Shown piece by piece: positions 37,070-49,829 of a DNA stretch of 56,892 nt. Within the stretch, counting starts at the first letter, position 1. Each line of letters begins with the position of its first letter. This stretch comes from Girardia tigrina (lineage: Eukaryota), in the NCBI GenBank assembly GCA_001938485.1, contig MQRK01214093.1, forward strand, positions 1 to 56,892. The letters are read 5' to 3'. Below the pieces are notes generated by a model that was not told the origin of the DNA, ran no database searches, and worked only from the letters and a program-made list of their open reading frames with translations. Position numbers and translations under genes: made by a program.

Positions 37070-37900
37070 AGTTTGAGTTTTTCAAGATCTCTTGTGATTT
37101 TTCTTTCGTTATGAATTTTCGGGATTTTATTTTTTTTATTATATTCCTGATATTATCATCCAAACCATCATGACCTTCTTGGCAGCAGTATATTTATATA
37201 AGTAAACAAGCAATGAGATTGGATCTTGTGGTAATTAAGAAGATGTTAAACCATAACCAACATTTTCAGTATCTGATTGAACTTGTTTATCTTTTTTATA
37301 CTTACTTTTTCTCTTTTTACTACTTTCTTCCTCATTTTGACTTTTAATTTCAACTTAATTTTTTTTTTAGTTCTTCCTGAATTTTGTCTGAATCAATATC
37401 TTCCAGAAGTGGATCTGTTTGAATATTAATTTCTTTGAATGATTTTTGTTTACGCTATTTTTTCTCCATCTCTTTTGGTTCTCTAAAAACTCGATTTTCT
37501 CGATCTTTTTCGTTCGATTCTCTTCTTGTTTCAATAATTTTCAAACAATGTTTTATGTAGGATCTATCGTTAATATTTTGTATTCTGACCCTTTTTAATA
37601 AATTAATATATTTCTTATATCCAATTATTATCTTTTCAATGGAATATTTCGTTTCTAAAATAATATCGTAATTTCCAATTAATAAATTGTTAAAACCGTC
37701 ATCAATAGGAAATTTGTGTGAAATATTCTGGTTTACAAAATTTAAATTCTCTTTATCATTTATTAGAACGCATATTAAATTATTTAACGTTAAATATTGA
37801 TTTCCCCGATAAGCCTCGTCTAAAGGCGAAGTATATGTTCCGAATCGAGGAATTAAAGCAGAATTGGATCGTGTAAAGTTATCATAATTGTTAGGAATAA
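37070..37900 (-). pseudogene. Polinton conserved ORF (PZ-like) remnant
   Basis: C-terminal G.GL..LPQDP..L...L....AAKK.GHDGL...I...I...K.IT motif. Confidence 0.5.
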
Positions 37901-38947
37901 CGAAAATACTGTTTTAAAATTTATTTAATCCAAAATTAAATTCTCGCCTTTTATTTTTGATTATTTAAACAACCTTAAATATGTCATATTTAATGACATA
38001 TTTTAATTTATCTAAATTTTAAATAGAGAGTTTTATTAAAAGTATTCTTGAACCATTATTATTTTTTAATTTAATTTAGTTTATTTACAAATTATTATTA
38101 AGTTATTAATTATATCTCACAATAATAATCCGTATTTTCAAATAGTTTCATATATGGAATCGAGTGATGTGATCCGAATTCGGTTTTGAGTTTTTCCCGT
38201 AATTCCTCTAAATATTTATTAGATTGGAATTGGTGTTCGGTAATAAATTCTTTATCCTGAGGAAAGAGATTGAGTTCATGGATCATTGAATCAATCTCTC
38301 GCTGATTATTTTCAAATAACTGCTCAAACTCTTTAAAGAAACTCTGGGATATTTTATCATCATAATTTTTGATATCCACCTCGAGAATTTTTTTAATATC
38401 ATTTTCATTTTTTATCAGATTGTTTTTCAATGTTTGTGTTAAAACCTAAATATTACGATGTAACCAAGCTAACCAAATACCGGAGATGATTTGATGAACT
38501 TGGTGACATATAATGAAACAAACGTATTAACAACATCCCAATTTGAATGCAAACATTTATTTATAACACAAACAGATTTTTCGCAACTATTTTCAGAGGT
38601 CATCTTTCTTTGATTGATATAGTTTTTGATTAAATATTCAAATATAAAAAAAACAATGAATGGGAACATTTAATATTACATTTTAATTTCTCATAATTTT
38701 ATTGGATAAACATACATTATGTAATTTTTTAAATAAACATAAATTTTTAAAATATATTAAAATTACTAAGTTAAAATCGTTTACTGAAAATATTATTAAA
38801 ATTCATAATTACCAAATTTTAATTAATTAGTACTTAAAATTAATATCATTAGATTCAAATAATCAATGAAATAACATATCAATCCCGTCTGAGTAGGAGA
38901 GTCACAAATCTAAACAATATACCACAACAAACTTACAACATTCCAAA

Positions 38948-41070
38948 TTATCCCTCACAGTGTGTATTCTTGAATACTGCCATGAACGATCCATACATTG
39001 TTGCTGAGTCTGTAATCAGCTTATACTTATGAAAACCATAGGTTATTGCCAAGTTTATTCCTCTTATGTCTACATCCACTTCCCTCATATTAATATGGCT
39101 TGTATCGTCTTCTTTCATTAACCAAGCAGCATCTTCAACGATATCACTGTTAACACACAATAGTACGCCAAATGCTATACTACTTGCATCTGTCCAAATG
39201 ACATCATTATTATTGCAATTTACAACCCACTTACCTGTTGCAGGATCTCCATCCATTCTCAGCCTTTGACAGATTTCATTAACTTTCTCTATGACGTCTT
39301 TTGGCACTAATTCATCCCAGTCTATCTTGTATTTTGCGGTTAATCTCTGAATGTAGGCACAAGCAACTCGCAACCATCCTGCAACTGGTACATGGCCTAT
39401 CTACTCCCCCAAGATTCAATGTACTTCTCTCCTCGTTGCTTTCTCAAGCTCCCTAGTTACGAGCTCTTGGTCTCTTCTCCACTGCAAATGGCTTTTTACA
39501 TTCAATCCAAGCACCCTAACATCTTTGTCTAAGCCAAACCGTTCTATGGGTTTATACTCCAACCCAAACCTGCGAAAAATTCCTACTACATCCTCTGCAT
39601 TACAAGAACTTTCCGCAATGAACACGTCATCAATATATTCAGAAGCAGTTATCGTCTGCTCTTCCTTGATAATGGTTTCAACTAATCTTGACATTACTTT
39701 TGGTGCAATGGATAGACCAAACCCTAACCTGGTCGTCACATACACTTCACCATTCCACATAACCGCATGATATTTCCACAAATCTCGAGCCACCCTTACT
39801 TGTAGGTAAGCCTTTTTTAAATCCATTATAGCGCAGTTAAGTCCATATTTCTTTCCACTCTCATAATCGTGACTGGCAACTGGCATCACTGCTGCCCGGA
39901 TAGCTATGAATTTGTTCATTCAGTAACTTCTAGTCTAATACCGGTCGTATTTGTGTCGCTTTGCCTTTGACTTGCCGTACTCCAATCAAAGGTATCATGT
40001 TACGAATCTCCCCGTCTCGCTTTTCATCTCACTTTATCAGAACACCTTCACTTACCCACTCATTCATCTCATCTTGAAATGGCTCTTTATCTTCATTGGG
40101 AATATCCTAATTGACACTTGAGGTTCTCCCAACCGGATGATCATCGACGAATCTCCAACGTTTGCACAAATACCTTCGTCAAATTGAGCTTCGAAATCAT
40201 CATCTTTTACCTGCAAGTGTCTTCCGCTTTTCCCTCCAGTCGCGGAAGTAATAGCTTCCAATTTCACTCTATTACTACCACATTTTATACAAACATGATC
40301 ACTGTCTACCCGTATTGTCAGTCCACGTTTGAGAATAACATCGTTTCCCACTATGATTTCGACGCCTACAGGCAGCCGTTCAGATAAAATTGCTCCAACA
40401 GGCCTCAGGTCATACCGTCAAATAGAATCTCATGTAATTGCACTTTACCCAGGATATTTACCTGAATACCGTCGACCGGTACCAGGTGCATGTTTTTAAC
40501 TCCTTCGATTCTTGACTTTGTGCAACCTCTTCTAACAAGAGTGGCACTACTCCCCATGTCGGTCATCACCTTCATCATTTTCTCGTCGATTAGTGCTTGT
40601 CGAATGAATAAATTCGGAATAACAGCTGAACATGAATAAATTAATGGCGATTGCAAATTTGAGGCGATTCAAGGCCGCCTTGTTGACATAGTTGTCCTCG
40701 GGGCGTTGTGGCTTTTATAGGTGTAACTATTGCCGCTAGTTACACCACCATCCCCTCTTACTGTGACATTTTGTCTTACAACATTCACTGCGGAGAGGTT
40801 GGACCCGGGACCTCCTCCTCTTTGTCGTTTCCCGACATGTTACAGTTTGCTTTTATATGTCCGACTTCTCCGCATTTAATTCTGCACGTCTTATGTGTGT
40901 GTCCAAGTTGATTGCAACCAACACATCGAAATTTTCTGTTGGTAGCCGCAATTACGTCTTGATGATATTGATGAGGTGATATCGTTTTGGCCAAATTCAC
41001 CACTCTCTTGAACATGAATTCGACGTCCAATTTTGGCTGCACCTCTCTTTTTAATTGATCCGGTAAATGT
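38948..41070 (-). mobile_element. Degenerate gypsy-type LTR retrotransposon internal region (gag end, PR, RT, RNase H)
   Basis: CVGCNQLGHTHKTC and KCGEVGHIKANC knuckles; DMGSSATL; DLKKAYLQ, RLGFGLSIAP, YIDD; WTDASS. Confidence 0.9.
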
Positions 41071-41221
41071 GAATAAATGTCATTATTTTAAATTATCAAT
41101 ATCATTGATTCAATGATATATTAAGGAAATTTTTTTCCTTATAGATTAATTAAAAAAAATTATTAAATTAAAATTATTATTAATAAAAAAAGGGGTGTTG
41201 TTGCATTTTTTTGTGCTGGGC

Positions 41222-41529
41222 CATGATTTTGTTCCTCGGTTCGCTGTTGTCAGATTTCACGGTGAACGAACCGCTCGCGGACGACTCCCATAGATACTGC
41301 TCGTCGTCATTGCCCTTGGAAATTTGCACTTGGATTTTGTCAGCGACCAGATACGACGAATAGAAACCGACACCGAATTGTCCAATCATCGAGATATCGC
41401 CTTCGGCTCGCAGTGCCTCCATAAATGCATGGGTTCCCGATTGGGCGATCGTTTCAAGATTGTTGTTGAGCTCGGCTTTCGCCATACTAATTTCCCGTGT
41501 CGATCAGCGTGAGTGACTGCGTCTTTGTC
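41222..41529 (-). pseudogene. HSP90: HSP90 N-terminal ATPase-domain fragment
   Basis: SLTLIDTG(fs)..[66 protein letters not shown](fs)RGTK. Confidence 0.95.
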
Positions 41530-41925
41530 GATATAAAAACTAAACTAGAGAAACGGATCTTCCGTTATCACACTTTCCGATTCGTTCTCGGTGTTTGTCA
41601 TCGTGACCGACAATCGTCCAGTAAGAAATTAATCGATAAAATTCAAATTTCCATTACGACCAAACGATTTCAATTAATTCTCATTCGGAGATGAATTGAG
41701 TATCGCTGGAATTCAGAGAGTTTTTTAAAGCGCTCGAAAGATTTTCGCCCAACAATCGTTGGCGTCCTGTTGCATCAACAGTCAATTTTCCGCCGGCTTT
41801 ATCGATCAATGCGATCGGTGTTGTGGCAGCAAATTGCGGACACAAATGGTGCAAAAACTTAACGAGCATCACTGGCTGAATCAACAAATCCGAGCTGTCC
41901 ATACTCGCAATCAATGGACCGAGTC
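41521..41925 (-). pseudogene. USP14: USP14/Ubp6 ubiquitin-specific protease fragment
   Basis: SMDSSDLLIQPVMLVKFLHHLCPQFA..(fs)LMQQDANDCWAKIFRAL..NFID*FL....VTMTNTENESESV..EDPFL*FSFYI is colinear with USP14 (SMDK..IPPIILLQFLHMAFPQFA..LQQDANECW..LIDQFF....TTMKCTESEEEEV..QLQLSCFI), recalled from memory. Confidence 0.82.
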
Positions 41926-44580
41926 TTGCAGAGTGTGGTAGAGAGAAAACAGCGCTTAATACTAGAAAAGGACACTGGGAGTTTTTGAGGTTGCCAATGG
42001 GCTTAGCGGCAGCGCCGGCAACGTTCCAAAGAGTTATGAAAGCGATATTAAAGGAAGAAGACTGGAGGGAATGCTTGATATATTTGGATGATATTCTAGT
42101 TTTTGGGAAGACACAAGAGGAGCATTTAGTCAGGCTGCGAAAAGTATTATCCAAAATCAAAGAAGCCGGTCTAAAGATTGCACCAGCAAAGTGCCGATTT
42201 TTTGCAAAGGATGTAAAGTATCTGGGCCATAGAGTATCAGCCAATGGAATTTCGATGGACGAGGATAAAATCAAGTGCATTCAGGAGTGGCCACAGCCAG
42301 AGTCTCAAGAGGAAATGAGAAAATTTCTTGGACTTTGCGGATACTATCGCAATTATATTAAAGAGTACGCCAAAATTGTTGCATCATTAGAAGACGCATG
42401 TAAAGACTGTTGGAACAAAGCTAGAACTAGAAAATTACACCCGTTGCAATGGTCAGCCTGTTTGGGTGACGCATTTCTTCATTTGAAACAATGTTTAATG
42501 ACCGCGCAAATTTTAGCAGTTCCGAATAGCTACGACCAATTCATATTGGATACGGATATATGTGATAACACGATTGGATGCGTCTTTTCTCAAGTGCAAA
42601 GTGGTGATGAAAAAGTAATAGCCTACGCTTCGCATAAGTTGTCTACAGCAGAACAACATTATTGTGTGACACGAAAAGAGTTACTGAGTGTCACAAATAC
42701 ACAAAAATGTTTAGACACTATTTATTTGGAAGAAGATTTAGTATAAGAACTGATCACAAAGCTCTATGCTGGATGATGAATAGGAAAACACCGAGTACAA
42801 GTCAGTTTAGTTCATGGCTCAATGAATTGAGTGTCTTTTATATGGATATCCAATACCGGAAAGGAGAAGAACATAAAAATGCGGACGCTCTATCCCGAGC
42901 GCCAGAGCAATGCCAGCAATATGCAATGAGCCACGAAAATCCGAAGGCAAAACGAAATGTTAAATATTACAATGAAAATCAAAATGATAAAAAAGCTGTT
43001 GTCTACTGCCGGCGGATAGCAATGGAAGAAGAAGAGGTCTGCCAGACGGATGATGATAATCTGGCTTTGATAATTAAACTTATGAAAAACAAAAACCTTG
43101 AAGATCAATAACCTGGAGAACTTCAGAATGCAGAAAGAGAAGCCCATGTGCTATGGAGAAATCGGAAGGACTTGCGATTTAGAGGAGACTTGCTATATAT
43201 TATTCGCAAAGGGGACTATAAACTTCTTTTACCAAAAAATAGAAGAGATGAAATCATCGGCCATGACCATATGTTATATGGACACATCGGAGTCAGCAAA
43301 CCACAACTCTTTTAAAGGAGAAATTCTACTGGCCAGGTATGTCTTTTGATGTTAGAATAAGAATAGGAAAATGTAAAGAATGTCAGAGCCGAAAAAATCA
43401 ACGACCAGACAGAAATAAGGCTCATGGATCCTTAAATGCAAGGTACCCCTTTGGAACAATATATATTGATGTAACAGGACCACTTCCAGAAAGTAAAAAT
43501 GGATGTAGATACATCTTGGGAATTATTGATAACTTGTCAAAATACCCCATGCTGATACCGCTGAGAAATATGACTGTGAAAACGATATGCAAATCCATAT
43601 TTGACAAGTGGATCGTGCAATTTGGAAACCCGGACAGGATACACTCAGATAGAGGGACTGCTTTTGAGAGCGAGATCGTACAGGAACTTTGTGCTCTTCT
43701 CGGAATAAGAAAATCTCGGAGCTCACCATATTATCCTCAAGGTGATGGTGTAATCGAGCGACTATTTGGTACAGCAAAAGACATGCTTTACGCAACAGCG
43801 AAGTCATCTGGATGTGAATGGGAAGAGGCGATCCCATTTGTTGAATTTGGATTAAGAAATACAATTTGTAAAAGCACTGGATTTTCTCCCTTCGAGGTGA
43901 TTTTTGGTCGGAAAATGAGATCTTTCTACTCGGAAAAGAAAGTGAGTCCAACAAATGATGGAAACTATTGCAAATATATTACAGAGCTTCAACAAGTGTT
44001 ACAAGTGGTGAGCCAACATATCAAGACCAAACAAGAAATTAAAAAGTCAGCTACATCAGGTTCAGGGGGTTGCCTTGCTATTGGTGATCTAGTGCTGGCT
44101 AGAATACTACCGCGAATCAAAGGAATCGATATGCCGAGATACGAAAGGGCCATATGCAGTGATCGGTAACATGGGGAAGCATGCGTACAGATTAAAAAGG
44201 ATTAGTGATGGAAGAATAATTGATAGAAATGTGGTGGATATCAAAAGATTGAGAACACCACAAAATGACACGAGAAAATCAGAAAAGGCTACAACAATTA
44301 TATCAAAAAGTATCAAAAATGATCATCATGATGTACATGAAGAAGACCAGATGCCAGAGGAAGATCGACGGAATATTAATGAAACAAGAGTGAGACGCAA
44401 TCCAATTCGAGACCGACATAAGCCTAAAAGATACAGAAATTAAGTTGTCGAACTGGACGAGTGTGGAATAATTATGTAAATATTAATGTATTTTAATGTG
44501 TGTGTTGTTTTAATATTCATTATTGTAAACGGTTAATTCAAATATATATTTTTCTTAGTTGGATATTCTCTTTTACAACA
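41925..44580 (+). mobile_element. 5'-truncated Ty3/gypsy element (RT, RNase H, integrase, probable short 3' LTR 44462-44580)
   Basis: REKTA..LPMGL, YLDD, FILDTD, TRKELL, RTDHKAL, IHSDRG and SSPYYPQGDGVIER motifs; tgtggaa...ttacaaca after a purine-rich tract. Confidence 0.92.
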
Positions 44581-44744
44581 ATTTTATTTTTGACTTTTTG
44601 GAAAAAAATTCCATATTAATCAGTTATAAAGTAGTTATAAATAATAACTGATTAGTAGTGCATTTTGCTACCAAAAAATAAAAATTTAAATTTAAAAAGT
44701 AATCAATTGTTTTATATTTTTTATTTCTATGGAAATAAATTTTC

Positions 44745-44831
44745 CTGAAATCCCGAAATCATGGGATTCCTAATATTTTAATCCCGGGATTTCGGGATAG
44801 AAATATTGTCCAGGATCCCGAGATTACCCTA
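44745..44831 (-). mobile_element. MITE terminus with (a)tcccggga subterminal repeats
   Basis: TAGGGTAATC end on the minus strand, with repeated atcccg/cgggat motifs. Confidence 0.35.
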
Positions 44832-45632
44832 TTTACCACCATTCAAATCAATTTGAGTAAAATATTGGCACTCAGTTTCAACTTTTGAGCACCATTCTGG
44901 ATAACGTTTAACTGCAATCACGGCAGATTGACTCTTTAAATTTCTGTCACTTTGTTATCATCGGATGTTGAAAACAACTATTTATAAGCAATCTCGTAAT
45001 CTTTACAAAATCTCACTGAGTACGTTCTTTCATCACTGTAATTTTCATAATGGTTATTTCCAAACGTTGTAATAGATTCTCAGAAGTATTGTGGAATCTC
45101 ATCGTCTTTCACGAGAACCATTGTGAGAACCTGACGACGAATACAGGAAGGTGAAAAAGTGTTTATAGAGACTAAAGAGTGAATTTATTTAACGCAATAT
45201 CAAACCGTTCTCGAAAATCAAAAGAACAAGCACAGGAAAAAATAAAAAATTCAAGTAAATTTGAGAAATAAATTTAATATTAAATAATATAATAAAATAT
45301 AAACAAAAATCTAAGACTTAATTTTATGAGTATGAGGAATTAGCTAATTTTCATTTCGCTGATAGAGATTTAAATAATTAAAAATTATTTAAGATTAAAG
45401 TCAAATAAAAATTTAAGTTCAATATTTTAAATAATACTTTAAAATTGAATTTTTCATTTTTTTCTAAAATTTACTCAAATTTTTCATTTGTTTCTAAATA
45501 TTATACATGAGTTTTTGATTTTTTCTAAATTTAATATGAATTATTCATTTTTTAAAAATTTTACTGGAATTATGAATAAATTGAAATAAAATTGGCAGAT
45601 TATTAAAATCAAAATTCGAAAGCCAATTGAAA

Positions 45633-45676
45633 ATATTTATTAATTTCGACGGTTTAACCGTCATCGTCAGAACAAA
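45633..45676 (-). ncRNA. Minimal type I hammerhead ribozyme in the Penelope pLTR
   Basis: tgtt CTGACGA t GACGG ttaaa CCGTC GAAA ttaa TA aata: intact core, stem II, palindromic stem III and short stem I. Confidence 0.75.
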
Positions 45677-46404
45677 TGATTTTTCAAACGAAATTTACCT
45701 ATATAGTGCAGTTAATGATTATGTAACCAAGGTGTAATCAGTACATCATTTAAAAACTCTCAACAAAGTTGTAGAGAGTGCAGTTTGAACGTTAATTTTA
45801 GGATCCAAAGATCTTATATATAACGCTTCACATGTCACTCTCTCCCAATAATTTTTAAATTGAGTGCACAGAATTTTAAAGTGTTGTGAAGTTATATATC
45901 CTTTACAATGTCTTCTATGTCCTGCAATGTTACTTCCACCTTCATTGCGACTGTGTTCCTGGATTCTCTTACAGAGATGACGTGAAGTCTATCCAATGTA
46001 TGAGGCGTTACCCCCATTACATGTATATTGGTAAATGAGATCCGAACACAATCCCAATGGCGTTGGAGATTTATTGCCGAACATACTTTCTATTTTGTGA
46101 GTGCGAGATATTACTTTAAAACTTATTGCATTATCTAACGCTTTCAGAATAGAATTTTTAAATATTTTAAACCCCTCTGAATATGGCACAGTTAACACAT
46201 AACCAATTCCCACACTTTTATCATTATTGCTGCAAGATTGCTCTTGATCTTGAACATCTAAAATTTTAGTATTACTTTTTTTGTCAATTAATTTATCAAT
46301 AGTTTCCAATCAATAGTTAACAAAGGATGTAAATGATGTACTGATTACGTATTGATTGCATAATCATTAATTGCACTACATAGGTAAATTTCGTTTGAAA
46401 AATC

Positions 46405-46448
46405 ATTTGTTATGACGATGACGGTTAAACCGTCGAAATTAATAAATA
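46405..46448 (+). ncRNA. Second hammerhead copy with a core mutation (C3 to A)
   Basis: Identical to the first copy except ATGACGA in place of CTGACGA. Confidence 0.6.
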
Positions 46449-46749
46449 TTTTCAATTGGCTTTCGAATTTTGATTTTACTGGAATTGTTTATTTTTTTAA
46501 ATTTATTTTGTTTTTTAAATTATATTAAAAATTATAAAAAAATAACACTGAGACTTAATTTTCCGAAACTTAATTGTCGTACCCACATTATTATTAATAA
46601 AAATACTTTTTTAAAGGAAAAAATGTAATTTTAAAATAAATTGAATTTCGAACAATAATTATAGATATATTTTAACAACACAAACAAACCAAAATCAATT
46701 GTTAGACTACGAGAAAATTCTTGAAACTTCATAAAAAAACTGGATCAAT

Positions 46750-47205
46750 TCTTTAAGACATTTTTGTGCGTTTGGTGTAATTTCAAAGACGTTATTCAAT
46801 TTGAGCTACTTCCAAATGGTCAAACTGTCGACATCTTTTAAGCTTAATTTAATCAGTTGTATGCAGTTCTTGACAGAAAATACTAGGATTTGATCAATCA
46901 AAAATGCGCTCTTCGATAGAAAGAAAACGCAAAATGAAACACTATCTGACACAACAAAAAAAGATAAAAAAATCTTATCTCCAATGAATGTCTTCCACAC
47001 TCAGCTTATAGTCGGGTCCTAGCATTAACACACTATCACTTTTGTGTTATATAATACGCTTTTTGTGGTCACAACTTAAGTAACCTGAGTGAGATTGAAA
47101 ACGGATACCAGTAATTTTTTTGCCTCTAAATACAAAGAAAGATACCGAAGCGGTATTGATAAATTTTGTAATAGATTGATTCAAGCTATTAATTAAAATG
47201 GTATT
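46750..47205 (+). pseudogene. mariner (DD34D-type) transposase remnant
   Basis: CVWCNFKDVIQFELLPNGQTVD and LPHSAYSRVLALTHYH (decayed HPPYSPDLAPSDYH). Confidence 0.7.
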
Positions 47206-47668
47206 TATATTGCATTTGTATTCTTAATAGTTGTTGTAAAATTATCTTTAATTTTTCTTTTTAAAAACAGAAAGACATTTTCGTTTTCCTTTATATTACA
47301 TAAAGCATGTTTCATCATTAAGGCATCGTAAGTTGTAGGTAGATTTCAGATTACTAATCATTTAAATTACACATAGATAATTACACATTTTATCAATTTT
47401 AAGATACTTTATTATGATTGGACATTCAAACACGTATTTCATCCCAGAACTACTTAAAAACTAAAACATTTATTTTCAAGCGACCATATTTACTGATTAG
47501 AGGACAAATATGCGTTTTAAAGCGACCTAAAAAGTAATAGTTTAAGTTTAATTAAAACAATCATTAACACTAGATTTACGATGGTTGATTATATACCTAT
47601 TTTATTGAAGTGTGCCAATTTGACTTATACAACAAACGATCTCATAGCAGTAGAAATATGTAAACCAC

Positions 47669-49074
47669 GGTACGTCGACTTTACCACGGACGACTTTACC
47701 TCGGGCAACTTTACAGCGGGCGACTTTACCGCGGAAAATTTACAACAAAATTGTAAATAAGTGAACAATTTCATATAAAATATGAATAAAATTTTTTAAT
47801 AATGTAATAAAACAATGAATCATACAAGGGTTTTAATTTTAAAACATAAATGGATAGAAAAATTTCAGATCGACATGACATTTAATTGTTCTTTTTATTA
47901 TAAAAAATAAACAAACAACATACGAAAAATTAGTAAATTCCAAATTTAAAAAATTCAAATAATATTCTAGAACAAATAAATAATAATGAAAAGTGAATAA
48001 CACACGAAAAAATGTAATGTGTAAATATAAGATGCAAAAACATTAAACTGATATATTAAATTAATGGAATAGTAAAATTATAATAGTAAGATATTTATAA
48101 ATTTTAAGTAGTTTATATTAATTTTTAATGTTTTAATTTAAAATTTTTTAAATTTTAAAAACTCTGTTGGCAAAGTAGAGTTCTGTCTGCAAAAAGAATG
48201 GATATTAAAATATTAATTTTTTGATTTACTAGTTTTAAAATTCTTTCGCTTGCAATCACCCAACTGTTGATAATTTGATAAATCAATTTCGTACTGAACA
48301 ATATTTTGTTGAACTAATTTGCAGGGCATTAGAGCAAGTGAAGAATTCCCAGAATTCTCATCACAAATTTACGTCAAAGTAAGTGAGAGAATTGAACGTG
48401 TCGTTGAGCAATATAATGATTTACCAATATTGGATTATCTTAGAGGCGTTGCTGATAATTTAAACTTTTTGGATTAACCCTTGAATGCATCTTGTATCAA
48501 AAATGATACAACAAACGTTTGAAAGTGCCATGCATCCAGTTTGTGTAAATAATTGCTGTCCTTTGTAAATAAATTATCTTTGTACATTTTTGTCTATGAC
48601 GATTATAACAAAACATGTCAAAACTCCCGCCAATATTGATATAAACGTCAAAATTCTTTAAACGTCAAAAAATATTTCATGAAAAAATAAAAAATCATGC
48701 ATTTAAGGGTTAAAGAATATATTTACTTTTCCACTAATTTAATATATCAATTTAATGTTTTTGTATCTTTCTTCTATTTACACATTAAATTTTTTTCATG
48801 TGTTATTCATTTGTTCTAGAATGTTATTTGAATTTTTTAAATTTGGAATTTACTATTTTTTTGTATGTTGTTTATTTATTTTTTATAATAAAGAGAATAA
48901 TTAAATGTCATGTAGATCTGAAATTTTCTATCCATTTATGTTTTAAAATTAAAACCTTTGTATGATTCATTGTTTTATCATTACATAATTAAAAATTTTT
49001 ATTCATATTTTAGATGAAATTGTTCACTTATTTACAATTTTGTTGTAAATTTTCTGCTGTAAAGTCGCCTCATC
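47669..49074 (+). mobile_element. Internally deleted Mutator-like element (MULE) with ~400-bp TIRs
   Basis: 9-bp TSD GTAAACCAC at 47660-47668 and 49075-49083; long TIRs; 15-bp subterminal repeats (cgactttaccgcgg); transposase C-terminal remnant HPTVDNLINQFRTEQ..RIERVVEQY..LDYLRGVADNL at about 48245-48475. Confidence 0.88.
48478..48709. mobile_element. piggyBac-type MITE, 232 bp, innermost layer
   Basis: cccttgaatgcat / atgcatttaaggg TIRs with TTAA on both sides. Confidence 0.85.
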
Positions 49075-49680
49075 GTAAACCACATGCGAAATGAGGGGAA
49101 TTTGATAAGTGGTGTAAAATATATTTCATTACATAACTAAAAATCATCATATGTATTTAAAAAAATAATATTTCAGTTTTATATTTATAGCAATATTATT
49201 TTAAATGAGTCAAATTGGCTCAGTCCGTAAATCAAGTGTTAATGATTATTTACTTTTCCGAAGGATAACTAAAATCTCCGGTTTTTCCTGAATTATTGTA
49301 ATTCATGGAGTCGTGAGATCGGTGAACAAATTTTCTACAATATTTTCGAATTTTAAATGTTATATATTTTTTTTATTTTACGGAATGTGTAAGAACAATC
49401 AGTTGTACTGGTATAAATTACTTTTATTTAATTAGCAAAATTTTGATAACTTTTTTTACGTTATTGCACGTTAAAAGCTTATTTTGGTTAGACGTTGAGT
49501 TTAAGAAAACTTTAAACCTTTTTTATTTGTAGATTGCATTTTAAATTTTGAAAAATATATAATATAGTTTTTTTATTATTGGCTACCTGACTCGTGATCC
49601 GTTCCGCTATTGCCAATCATACGGAGTGGACTTTAACTTTAACTTTTAAAACAAAATTAAATGGGGAAGATTGTACTTTA

Positions 49681-49829
49681 AAGGTTTCTTAAAGTAAAAC
49701 AATAACGAAAATTTTCCGCATTTAAGTTAAACGATATATTTCCTGTATATTGTGTAACGTATTGCACAATATTGTTCTAAAATTATATATAATTGTCAAA
49801 ATTTATTCTAATATCATTATTATTTAAAA
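49681..49829 (+). promoter_or_regulatory. Putative promoter/5'UTR of orphan-family copy 3
   Basis: Homologous to 6520-6668. TATA-like tatatataa near 49784 and a CCAAT near 49613. Confidence 0.5.

Larger units (their letters stand above)
22930..38460 (-). mobile_element. Decayed Polinton/Maverick (interrupted by a gypsy insertion); termini not identified
   Basis: Co-oriented remnants of pPolB, an adenain-like protease, a penton-like ORF and other Polinton-type ORFs. No integrase or packaging ATPase recognised. Confidence 0.88.
45604..46478 (-). mobile_element. 5'-truncated Penelope-like element with inverted pLTR
   Basis: GIY-YIG domain (IYQYTC..NASYIG*TSRHL.KRI.EH..EALYI...P.IN) at 45750-46309, flanked by ~148-bp inverted repeats (45604-45751 and 46330-46478). 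Confidence 0.9.
47568..49238. mobile_element. TTAA-specific (piggyBac-like) MITE, outer layer
   Basis: TIRs cactagatttacg / cgtaaatcaagtg; TTAA at 47564-47567 and 49239-49242. Confidence 0.7.

Noticed and set aside
41180-41485. Functional HSP90 gene or exon
   Set aside because: Frameshifts at both ends, a conserved Gly changed (NNLET versus NNLGT), and no other HSP90 parts in the window.
41681-42280. 199-aa minus-strand ORF
   Set aside because: Antisense of the gypsy RT running into part of the USP14 fragment; not one gene.
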